Positions 1 to 8,664 of a stretch of 32,000 bases of DNA are shown here, in pieces; positions within the stretch are counted from its first letter, which is position 1, and each line of letters begins with the position of its first letter. This DNA comes from Methanopyrus kandleri AV19 (GTDB lineage Archaea; JAADCQ01; Methanopyri; Methanopyrales; Methanopyraceae). Position numbers and translations under genes: made by a program. A model generated the notes under the pieces. That model was not told the origin of the DNA. It was given only the letters and a program-made list of their open reading frames with translations, and made no database searches. The stretch covers positions 120,001-152,000 of the forward strand of contig NC_003551.1 in the NCBI RefSeq assembly GCF_000007185.1, written 5' to 3'.

Positions 1-259
1 GGTCATAGTGTTCGGTGTGGTCAACGGCAAGGTGAAGATCTCCGCGCGAACGGACGATATCCGCCTGAACATAGGCGAGATAATGAAAGAAGCGTTCGGT
101 GACGTGGGTTCCGCGGGAGGTCACTCGAAGGCCGCCGCGGCCGAGATCCCGTTAGGTATCTTCCAGGACGTCGAGAGCGACATGGTGCTCGACCTCGTCG
201 AGCAGGCGGTACGTAAGCGGATCTTCAAGGTGATAGGTATCGAAGAGGAGGAGGACTGA
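1..259 (+). CDS. 3' part of a DHH/DHHA1-family phosphoesterase gene (5' end outside the window)
   Basis: The frame is open from the window edge to TGA at 257-259. GDVGSAGGHSKAAAAEIPL resembles the DHHA1 GGGH motif. The C-terminal tail is acidic. Confidence 0.45.
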   Translation, partial: VIVFGVVNGKVKISARTDDIRLNIGEIMKEAFGDVGSAGGHSKAAAAEIPLGIFQDVESDMVLDLVEQAVRKRIFKVIGIEEEED

Positions 260-261
260 AC

Positions 262-2106
262 TCACTCCACGGTTACGCTCTTGGCCAGGTTCCGTGGATA
301 GTCCGGATCGATGCCTCTGGCCACGCTCATGTAGTACGCCAGCAACTGAAGCGGTACCGTGTAAACGATCGGGGAGAACACCTCGCTGATACTCGGCACT
401 CGGATGACGTGATCGGAGTGCTCCTCCACGGCCTCGTCCTTCTCATCGGCCACGGTGATCACAGTGGCACCCCGAGCTTTCACCTCCTCGATGTTCGCGA
501 GCATCTTCTCGTAGACGCCGCCTGGCTGAGCTACGGCGACCACCGGCACGCCTTCCTCGATCAACGCCAGCGGACCGTGCTTGAGCTCACCCGCCGGGTA
601 CGCCTCCGCGTGCTGGTAGGTGATCTCCTTGAGCTTCAGTGCGCCCTCCATGGCGGTCGGGTATCCCGGACCACGGCCGATGAAGAACCAGTTGGGACGT
701 TCCTTGTATCGACCACCCATCACCGCTATCTCACGCTCCCGCTCCCAGCTGAGTACCTCCTCCAACATCTCCGGAACCTTGTTCAGCTCCGCGTGGTACT
801 CCTCCGCCTCCTTGTTCGTGATCTCCCCGAAGTGGCGGGCTAGCTCCACGGCCAGTGTGTACATCGCCGCGAGCTGCGCCGTGTAGGTCTTCGTGGCGGC
901 GACGGCTTTCTCGAAGCCGGCGTGGGTGTACATGACGTGATCGACCTCGCGGGTGATCGTGCTCCCGACGACGTTGGTCAGCGCGATCGTCGTAGCTCCC
1001 CGAGCGTTCGCTTCTCGTACAGCCGCCAGCGTATCGGCGGTCTCACCCGACTGGGAGATGGCTAGAACGAGGGTATTCTCGTCGACGAGTTCCTTTGTCA
1101 CGTACCGGAACTCGGAGGCTATCACCACGTCCACGGGGAACTTCGCGAGCAACTCGGTGGCATACTTCGCGCCGAGTCCAGCGTGATACGAGGTACCGCA
1201 CGCGACGATGTACAACTTGGTGTAATCGCCGCCGACGAGCTCTTCCGCCATCTCCATGAGGTTCTCCCGTTCGATCCGTAGCGTGTTCCTGACGGCTTCG
1301 GGTTGCTCGTGGATCTCCTTGAGCATGAAGTGTGGATAACCGCGGCGTTCCAGCGTGTGCGGATCCTCTTCAACTATCTGCACTTCCTTCTCTTCCGTGA
1401 CATCCTCAAGGGTCTCCGCGTCCAGTATTCTGACCTCATCACGCTTCACCACGACGATCTCGCCGTCGTCGATAGGGATCACGCGGTTCGTCTCGGGTAG
1501 TATCGCCGGTATATCGGACGCCAAGAAGTTACCGTCGTCTCCCAACCCTACTACCAACGGGCTCTCCTTTCTAGCGGCCAGGATTACGTCGGGCTCGCGG
1601 GTACAAATGGCGGCGATGGCGTACGACCCCTCCAGCCGGCGCACGGCTTCGACGAACGCCTCGAAGAACGACTTCCCTTCCTTCATCCCCTGCTCGATGA
1701 GATGAGGTACGACCTCGGTGTCCGTCTCGGAGTCGAACCGGTGTCCCTTATCCTCCAGCTCCTCCCTAAGTTGCATGAAGTTCTCGATGATTCCGTTGTG
1801 TACGACCGCGATCTCGTCACGGCAGTCCGTGTGCGGATGCGCGTTACGGCGGTTAGGGTCTCCATGAGTCGCCCATCGGGTGTGTCCGATTCCAATCTTA
1901 CCGGGAAGCTTTCTGAGGCTACGCTGCAGCTTCGTCGGCTCGCCGCCTTCGGTAAGCTTCCCGGCATCCTTCTCGAGGTACAATCGACCCTCGTGGATCG
2001 TGGCGACTCCGGCGGAGTCGTAGCCGCGGTACTCGAGCCTAACCAACGAGTCGACTATAATGGGGGCCGCGTCACGCTCCCCTGTGTATCCCACGATCCC
2101 GCACAA
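262..2106 (-). CDS. glmS: Glutamine--fructose-6-phosphate aminotransferase (isomerising), GlmS
   Basis: N-terminus CGIVGY is the class II (Ntn) amidotransferase nucleophile. There are two SIS domains ([10 protein letters not shown]) and the canonical C-terminus [11 protein letters not shown]. The ORF is open to GTG 2115, but the TTG at 2104-2106 directly precedes the Cys codon, as Ntn chemistry requires. Confidence 0.93.
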
Positions 2107-2120
2107 ACCGTTCACACCCT

Positions 2121-3176
2121 TTACGACGAGAGGTATTCCACAACGTCATAAAGCACGCGAACGGCATCCACGAGCTCCTCGATCGGGACGTGCTCCGAAG
2201 GGGAGTGTGCGTAGTCGATCGAACCGGGTCCGAAGACTACCACGTCCTTACCTCCTAGGTTACGGATGTAACCGGCGTCCGTGCTCGCCGGCCAGGTAAT
2301 AGGTTCGTCCGGGAGCCCGCGGGCGCTGAGAGCTTCCCGTAGCGCGCGTACCACTGGCTCGTCGCCCGAGAGTACGAACGGAGGTGCTCCTGCCCGAATC
2401 TCGGCCGAGACCCCCTCCACCTCGTGGAAGAATCGCTCGAGGTCCTCGGGAGACAGCTGAGTGTTGAGCCTGACGTCCAATACGGCCTCCAGGCACTGGG
2501 GTGTCACGTTAGTCGCCACCCCCCTGGAGTGGACGCTCGTGGGGTTGGCGGTAGGGACTCCAAGTGCGTCCTCAAGATCTTCCAGCATCTCATGGAGATC
2601 ATGCAGTATCTTGCAGAACTTCAAAATGGGGTTCTCCGGGTTGTGTGAGCCGGCGTGTTTGGGCTCTCCTTCAATACACAACCTAACTTCCACACGGGAC
2701 TTGTGCCCGATCACGGGACGTAGTTCCGTCGGTTCCCCGTTGATCACGTGGTTCGCTTGAATTTCCCCACGACGTAACACGTGACGAATGCCGGCCGAAT
2801 CGGTCTCTTCTCGGACTACCGCGATTATCTCCAATGGTCCATCCCATATCTCGGCCAGGGTAGCGTAAACGGCCAGATTGGCCTTCGCATCGCAAGCTCC
2901 TCGGCCGTACAGCTTACCGTCGACGATGCGGGGTTCGAAGGGTTTCTCCATCTCGTCGGGTGGGACGGTATCGAGATGTGACGTTAGACATACCTCTGGC
3001 TCTCCACGTCGTCCGATCACGTTCCCCAGACGGTCGATTTCCACCTCTAGGCCGGCACGCTCCAGGTCCGAAGCGTATCGCTCCGAAAGCTCTTCCTCCT
3101 CGCCGCTGACGCTGGGGATAGAGATGTAGTCGCACAGGAGCTTTACCACGCGCTCCCTGACATCCAACCTGATCAC
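2121..3176 (-). CDS. M20-family metallopeptidase/deacylase (ArgE/DapE/LysK-like)
   Basis: 351 aa. Motifs: [37 protein letters not shown] start overlaps the gatE stop (GTGA). It lies 14 nt upstream of glmS. Confidence 0.7.
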   Translation of the reverse strand: MIRLDVRERVVKLLCDYISIPSVSGEEEELSERYASDLERAGLEVEIDRLGNVIGRRGEPEVCLTSHLDTVPPDEMEKPFEPRIVDGKLYGRGACDAKANLAVYATLAEIWDGPLEIIAVVREETDSAGIRHVLRRGEIQANHVINGEPTELRPVIGHKSRVEVRLCIEGEPKHAGSHNPENPILKFCKILHDLHEMLEDLEDALGVPTANPTSVHSRGVATNVTPQCLEAVLDVRLNTQLSPEDLERFFHEVEGVSAEIRAGAPPFVLSGDEPVVRALREALSARGLPDEPITWPASTDAGYIRNLGGKDVVVFGPGSIDYAHSPSEHVPIEELVDAVRVLYDVVEYLSS

Positions 3177-5116
3177 TCTCCCGAAATCTCTCGAATTCGC
3201 TCACGGACGAGCTCGCTTACTCGTTTACCGTCCGCCCGCCCCCGTAGGACCTCCATCACCTCACCCATGATCTTGCCCATGACTGCCATACCTCGCTCCC
3301 GAATCTTATCCTCGTACCTACGAATCGCCTCTTCGACCACCTCCTCGATCTCTTCCTCGGACGCCATCACGATGCCGAGCTCTTCCGCAAGCTCCTCGGG
3401 ATCGGAGTCCGGATCGGCCGCCAGGGCACCCAGCAGCTCCTCGATCCCAGACTTAGCTATGGCACCCTCGGCGTAAAGCCTCAGCACTTCCTTAACGTGG
3501 TCTATGGTGAGGTTATCCACGGGGTACCCGTCTTTTTCAAGCCGCGGGATCGTGTTCACCAGCGTGGCCGCCGCTACCTTGGGTTCCACCCCGGTCTCCT
3601 CCACAATCTCCTCGAACTCGTCCACGACTCCATGCTCGAACATCTGCTCCACTAACTCCTCCCCGAGACCGTACTCCTCGGCGAGCCTCTCCTTACGCTC
3701 CCAAGGTTTCTCCGGAAGCTCTTCCGCCAGCTCCTTTACCCTGTCCTCGTCGATCACCACGGGCGGGATGTCCGTCTCAGGGTACATTCGAGCGGCTCCC
3801 GGGCGGGGCCGCATGTACTCCGTCGTCCCGTCCTTCCGAGCGCGGCGGGTCTCGGCAGGGACGCCTTTCAGCGCCATGATGGCACGATCTTTCACCGCTT
3901 CCATGGCGGACTTAACGCGATCCTCCGGGCCCGCTATCAAGACGAACCCGTCACCGTCTTCCGCTCCGAGGCGCTGCCTGACGGCCTCAACTTCCTCCTC
4001 CGAGATACCGTACTTGGGGAGCTCATCGGAGTGGAACAGCCCCGAAACCCCTCGTCTCCTCGCGTAGTCGGCGAGTTCGGTACCGAACCTTCGACCCGGA
4101 CACAGCTCCCAGCCTAAGATCCCCTCGAACCCGGGCAGAAGCAGAGCGTACACTACACCACCGCGCTCGAGCTCCCGACGGATGACCTCGCTGTCCGTGT
4201 CCTCGAACACGTCCGTGACATCCATGGGCTCACAGTCGATCAGGTCCGTCTCACTGACACCGCGTTCACGAAGCTCGTCCCGGATCCTGAGGAGATTCGC
4301 CTGTCTCAACGCCTCGTACTTGACCACCTTGGGAATCAGGTTCAGGTCCTGAACACCCTTGATCTCCTGCACGGCACCGCCCTCTATCGAGACGTTCACG
4401 TCCTGCCTTACCGTACCGATTCCCGACTTCACACCGCCGACGGCTTTGATCGCCTCACCGATCCTCTCAGCGGCCTCACGGGCCTGTTCCGGTGTTCTGA
4501 TGTCCGGCTCCGTAGAGACCTCGATAAGCGGTATCCCGAGCCTGTCTAGGCAGTAATCAACCTCGAGATCCTGATCACGTCCCTTCACCTTGCGGGCGGC
4601 GTCTTCCTCCAGACACACCGTGCTGATACGGACGGGGCCTTCGGACGTCGGAACCTCACCACCGAACCCGACGAGCATTGTACGCTGGAAGCCGGTGGTG
4701 TTCGAACCGTCGATCACCATCTTTCGCATCACGTGCACCTCGTCGACGACGGACCCACCCAGAAGGAGGGTGACCTTAATCGCGACGTCAAGGGCTTCAG
4801 AACAAGGCTCGTGCGGGGGCTCTTCGTCCAGTTCGACTAGGCACGAGAAGGACCCGTCCGCCAGGTAGTAGAACGTTCGGTCGCGCTTGAACTCCTCCAA
4901 GGCCGCCGGATCGAACTCGCCCATCTCGCTCTGGACCGGGCGGAGCTTACGTCTGACCTTGGGCTCCTTCGGTACCTCTTCCACCAGCTCTGGAGTACAG
5001 CGACAGAACAGCTTTCTGGAAGTATCGAGCTGCCGGTGGATCTCAAGTCCCACCCGGAGGCCGATCTCTTCCCAGTCTAAGTCCTCTTCTCGCACAGGCT
5101 CGGGCAGGGGGGTCAC
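3173..5116 (-). CDS. gatE: Archaeal Glu-tRNA(Gln) amidotransferase subunit E
   Basis: 647 aa. N-terminal DWEEIGLRVGLEIHRQL, a GatB/E core, an inserted AspRS-like domain and a C-terminal YqeY-like helical tail. An alternative GTG start at 5095 is possible. Confidence 0.9.
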   Translation of the reverse strand: MTPLPEPVREEDLDWEEIGLRVGLEIHRQLDTSRKLFCRCTPELVEEVPKEPKVRRKLRPVQSEMGEFDPAALEEFKRDRTFYYLADGSFSCLVELDEEPPHEPCSEALDVAIKVTLLLGGSVVDEVHVMRKMVIDGSNTTGFQRTMLVGFGGEVPTSEGPVRISTVCLEEDAARKVKGRDQDLEVDYCLDRLGIPLIEVSTEPDIRTPEQAREAAERIGEAIKAVGGVKSGIGTVRQDVNVSIEGGAVQEIKGVQDLNLIPKVVKYEALRQANLLRIRDELRERGVSETDLIDCEPMDVTDVFEDTDSEVIRRELERGGVVYALLLPGFEGILGWELCPGRRFGTELADYARRRGVSGLFHSDELPKYGISEEEVEAVRQRLGAEDGDGFVLIAGPEDRVKSAMEAVKDRAIMALKGVPAETRRARKDGTTEYMRPRPGAARMYPETDIPPVVIDEDRVKELAEELPEKPWERKERLAEEYGLGEELVEQMFEHGVVDEFEEIVEETGVEPKVAAATLVNTIPRLEKDGYPVDNLTIDHVKEVLRLYAEGAIAKSGIEELLGALAADPDSDPEELAEELGIVMASEEEIEEVVEEAIRRYEDKIRERGMAVMGKIMGEVMEVLRGRADGKRVSELVRERIREISGE

Positions 5117-5582
5117 CCCCTCGCGGTACCGGTTCGCTTATCGGACGCCCTACGGACGCGGGTACGTAGTCCACGACGGCGAGGCCGTGCTGGAGGTTAC
5201 CTTACCGGGAGAGGGCACGCCACCGGCGGAGGGATTCCGCACGCTCCACTCCCTTAAACGTGACCTGGAGCGGTACTTCCGAGGCTACCCCGTAGACTTC
5301 GATGACGTCCCGGTGAGGATAAACGTTTCCGGAAAACCCCGGGAAGTGCTCGAGCTCGTCCGTGAGATCCCGTACGGGACGGTGGTCACCTACGGGGATA
5401 TCGCCCAAAAGGCCAACACCCATCCCCGGGTGGTAGGAGTCTCCCTCGCCCGAAACAGGGTCCCGATAATCGTGGCATGTCACCGCGTCGTAGCCGCCGA
5501 CGGGCTCGGTGGGTTCAGGTGGGGGTTGGAATGGAAGAGGAGGCTGTTAGAGCTGGAGGGAGCGTTACCATCGAGGAGGTAG
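5112..5582 (+). CDS. ogt: Methylated-DNA--protein-cysteine methyltransferase (Ogt/MGMT); start codon unresolved
   Basis: C-terminal domain IPYGTVVTYGDIA...NRVPIIVACHRVV with the active-site CHRV. N-terminal-domain-like sequence starts around 5120 (RFAYRTPYGRGYVV). The in-frame canonical starts are only ATG 4887, a TTG near 4960 and GTG 5187. Confidence 0.75.
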   Translation, partial: VTPSRYRFAYRTPYGRGYVVHDGEAVLEVTLPGEGTPPAEGFRTLHSLKRDLERYFRGYPVDFDDVPVRINVSGKPREVLELVREIPYGTVVTYGDIAQKANTHPRVVGVSLARNRVPIIVACHRVVAADGLGGFRWGLEWKRRLLELEGALPSRR

Positions 5583-6139
5583 GCCAGTGGATAGTGATCG
5601 TCGACCGTGAGGAGCTCGAGTACGACGGCTCGCAGCTCCGCAGGGCGTTCGCTCACGAGCGGTACGGAATTAAAGGGCGGGCCGTAGTGGTGTTTCGAGG
5701 CCCGATGGACGTGAGGACGGAATACACCGCTGATGCTGAGGACGTCGGCTCGCCTATCCGGGGCAACGACGTGCTGCATTTGCTCGTGGACGACCCTACC
5801 CGGGCCGATCCGCTGGTAGCAGGACTGCTTCAAAGGTTGCTGGTAGTCGTAACGAAGGAAGTCATCGAGAAGGAACTATCGACGGATCTGGACCGCGACG
5901 GTGACGATCTCCTACACGACGGTAGAAAGCTCACCGTGTCGGTTTTCAAGCCGGCGGGCCCCGGTTCGCTCGCGCACCTCGGGATCAACGTGACGACCGA
6001 AGGTGTTCCCGTCCCCGCCTCCTCCCTACGCGACCTCGGTTACCGTGGAGATCCACTCGACCTGGGTCGACGCGTTGCCGTCGAATTCGTCCGCGAGATC
6101 ACGGATGTGGAGTTGGACCTCACCAAGATCAGGTGGTGA
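5531..6139 (+). CDS. Conserved archaeal hypothetical protein (possibly DUF366/COG2029-like)
   Basis: Long ORF with neighbour-like composition. Motifs LEYDGSQLRRAF and VLHLLVDD recall DUF366, from memory only. It overlaps the ogt 3' end and the tfrB GTG start (6133) by 7 nt. An alternative GTG start is at 5594. Confidence 0.5.
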   Translation: MEEEAVRAGGSVTIEEVGQWIVIVDREELEYDGSQLRRAFAHERYGIKGRAVVVFRGPMDVRTEYTADAEDVGSPIRGNDVLHLLVDDPTRADPLVAGLLQRLLVVVTKEVIEKELSTDLDRDGDDLLHDGRKLTVSVFKPAGPGSLAHLGINVTTEGVPVPASSLRDLGYRGDPLDLGRRVAVEFVREITDVELDLTKIRW

Positions 6140-7611
6140 GGGACTTGAACGAAGCCGTCGTGATTCGCATCGAGACCCCCGAGCGATCGGAGCGCGTGAA
6201 AGTACCGTATCGTGAGGGGATGACGCTACTCGACGCGCTACGATGGATCAAGGAGCACGAGATACCGGACCTCGAGTTCGAGTTCTCGTGCCGGAACGCT
6301 CAATGTGGCACCTGCGCCGTGCTAGTGAACGGGAAAGCTCGACTCGCCTGCGAGTACCGGTTGGAACCCGGCCAGGAAGTGACCGTGGGGCCGTTGAGAC
6401 ACCTGCCCGTGGTTAAGGACCTGGCGGTCGATTGGTCGGCGGTCACGTCGAGGCTCCGGCCTCTTTCCCCTAAATCCCACCGAGAGTGGTTCCGTCGGAT
6501 GGAACCCGAGAAGCAGCGGAAATTGTACGAGCTCAGATCTTGCATCGAGTGCCTCTGCTGTGTCGCCGAGTGCCCCGTGATCAAGGCGGGATCGGCGCGG
6601 AACCCGGGTCCGATCGTGCTACGGAAGGTAGCGGAGGAGGCCGAAAAATGGGACGAGTCCCCCGAAATAGACGACTCCGTGTACGCCTGCACCACGTGCC
6701 ATACCTGCGCCGAGGTGTGTCCTAAGGACATAGAGATCCCGGCGAAGGCCGTCGAGACGGTACGGGCGAGACTCTACGAGGAAGGTAAAGGCCCACTACC
6801 CGAGCACAAAGAGCTAGGAGAGAGGGCCGTACGCACGGGCAGGTCCGTCGAGAAGAGGGACAGGTCGTTCTTAGAGGAGTACTCCGGCGAGTACGGGGAA
6901 GGAGACGTCAAGGCCATGTTTTTCACGGGATGTCTCGTGGACTACCGACTACCCGATACCGGGAAGGCCCTAGTCAGGCTGGCCGAGGAGTTAGGGATCA
7001 GACTGATCGTCCCTCGGGAGCAGGTCTGCTGCGGCTCACCGCTCCTGAGGACCGGGCAGCACGACCGCGCCGAGCGTCTAGCTTTCGAGAACCTGGAGAC
7101 GTTCCGACGGGTCGACCCCGACGTTATCGTCACCGTCTGCGCCGGTTGTGGGGCCACGCTGAAGAACAATTACCCTGAGCTCCTCGGTGATAGGTTCGAG
7201 TGGGATGTACTCGACGTCACGGAGTTACTCGTAGAGATAAGGGCACACGAGCGGGGGTTCCGGCTCCCGGAGCGTACAACGGTTACGTACCACGACCCGT
7301 GTCACCTGAAGCGGGGGCAAGGCGTCGAGGACGAGCCCAGGAAGCTCATCCGGTCGATCGAGAACGTCGAGTTCGTCGAGATGGAGGAACCGGACCGGTG
7401 TTGCGGGGCCGGTGGGGGCGTTCGATCCGGTCTACCGGAGCTCGCGGAGCTGATGTCCGACGTGAAGGCTCACATGGTACGCGAGACCGGAGCCGAAGTG
7501 CTGACCACGGTCTGCCCGTTCTGCGAATACAACCTCAGGGAAGGACTGGAGCGCAACGACGTCGAGGCACGAGTGGAGAACTTAACGGTGCTACTCTCCA
7601 GGGGTCTTTAA
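6133..7611 (+). CDS. tfrB: Thiol:fumarate reductase subunit B-type protein (SdhB/FrdB Fe-S domain fused to HdrB-like CCG domains)
   Basis: 2Fe-2S pattern CRNAQCGTCAVLVNGKARLAC (C-x4-C-x2-C-x11-C). Two ferredoxin motifs, CIECLCCVAECP and CTTCHTCAEVCP. Two CCG-domain signatures, VCCGSP and RCCGAGGG. Confidence 0.75.
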   Translation: MVRDLNEAVVIRIETPERSERVKVPYREGMTLLDALRWIKEHEIPDLEFEFSCRNAQCGTCAVLVNGKARLACEYRLEPGQEVTVGPLRHLPVVKDLAVDWSAVTSRLRPLSPKSHREWFRRMEPEKQRKLYELRSCIECLCCVAECPVIKAGSARNPGPIVLRKVAEEAEKWDESPEIDDSVYACTTCHTCAEVCPKDIEIPAKAVETVRARLYEEGKGPLPEHKELGERAVRTGRSVEKRDRSFLEEYSGEYGEGDVKAMFFTGCLVDYRLPDTGKALVRLAEELGIRLIVPREQVCCGSPLLRTGQHDRAERLAFENLETFRRVDPDVIVTVCAGCGATLKNNYPELLGDRFEWDVLDVTELLVEIRAHERGFRLPERTTVTYHDPCHLKRGQGVEDEPRKLIRSIENVEFVEMEEPDRCCGAGGGVRSGLPELAELMSDVKAHMVRETGAEVLTTVCPFCEYNLREGLERNDVEARVENLTVLLSRGL

Positions 7612-8607
7612 CCCCCAAGCCTTCGGGTACGTGCCCGGCTCCATCAGGACCCTCTTGGTGTCCACCATAATACCCCGATCCGCGTGTAGCATCTCCTTCC
7701 AAGTGGCCTTGGCCACTCCCAGCGCTACCGCCTCCCCTTTCAGCGTGAAGATGGCGACTAGATCGCCGGGCTGGATCCCCTTCTCCACCCTAACGATTCC
7801 CGGCGCAGCCAGGTTGGCTCCGTGGCAGATGGCGTCGACGGCCGTATCCCTGATCTCTATTCTCGGTAGGTGCTCGAGACCTTCCTCCATCGGTCGTACA
7901 ACGTGTCGTAAGGGCTCTTCCCATCCCTCCTCCTTCCAGAACTCGTACGCGTCCTTGACGTCGTGGAGCGTGACCGCGTTCTCCTCCGAGAACGGCCCTG
8001 TCCTCGTCCTCCGGAGCTCCGCCATGTGCGCACCGACACCCAAGGCCTCACCGATGTCGTGACACAGCTTCCGAATGTAGGTACCAGCCTGACACCCGAC
8101 CCTCATCAGCACGTCGCGACCGTCGATCTCGAGAATATCGATGTAGTAGATCTTCTTAGGACGTACCCTCCTCTTGACTGCCGAGCGTAACGGTGGCCGC
8201 TGAAGTATCGTCCCCTCGAACTCCTTCACAACGCGCTCGAGCTCCTCCTCGTCCACATCGCCGTGGAGATGCATAATCGTCACGTACTCCTTACCCGCCG
8301 GTAGCAGCGTCTGGATTATCTTCGTGGCTTTCTCGAGGGCGATCGGAAGGACTCCCGTGACCTTAGGGTCCAGGGTACCACCGTGACCCGCCTTGGACAG
8401 CCCGAAGATCTCCTTCACCCAAGCCACAACCTCGTGCGATGTGGGTCCGGCCGGCTTGTCCAGGTTGATGACACCCTTCATGATGTATTCCTCGATAGGG
8501 CGCTCCTCGGGAGGACAACCGTACCGTGGGTCCGTCTCCACCTCGGCCTTCGTGATCATCTCCCGATCCCGGTCGAACGGCAGCCGCCGGTCCTTGTCGC
8601 CGCTCAT
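7591..8607 (-). CDS. cbf5: tRNA/rRNA pseudouridine synthase Cbf5 (archaeal TruB, H/ACA RNP catalytic subunit)
   Basis: TruB core with GHGGTLDPKVTGVLPI (catalytic Asp) and a C-terminal PUA domain. ATG 8607 is preferred over TTG 8622. The 3' end overlaps tfrB by 21 nt. Confidence 0.9.
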   Translation of the reverse strand: MSGDKDRRLPFDRDREMITKAEVETDPRYGCPPEERPIEEYIMKGVINLDKPAGPTSHEVVAWVKEIFGLSKAGHGGTLDPKVTGVLPIALEKATKIIQTLLPAGKEYVTIMHLHGDVDEEELERVVKEFEGTILQRPPLRSAVKRRVRPKKIYYIDILEIDGRDVLMRVGCQAGTYIRKLCHDIGEALGVGAHMAELRRTRTGPFSEENAVTLHDVKDAYEFWKEEGWEEPLRHVVRPMEEGLEHLPRIEIRDTAVDAICHGANLAAPGIVRVEKGIQPGDLVAIFTLKGEAVALGVAKATWKEMLHADRGIMVDTKRVLMEPGTYPKAWGLKTPGE

Positions 8608-8664
8608 GCGTGGCCCCCTCAACGTTCGTCGACGCCTCTGGTGGCGCTCTCGATAATAACCTCT

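Noticed and set aside
4887-5111. 5' extension of the ogt ORF to ATG 4887
   Set aside because: It encodes a Ser-rich low-complexity peptide entirely antisense to the gatE 5' region and does not resemble Ogt. It is kept only as a formal possibility in the ogt start-codon finding.
5711-5733. GTGAGGA-12 nt-CTGA (a C-box/D-box-like half unit) inside the DUF366-like ORF
   Set aside because: No second box pair occurs in register on either side. The upstream 7-mer is CGTAGTG and the downstream D position is TATC. A single half unit inside a Glu-rich coding region is within chance expectation.
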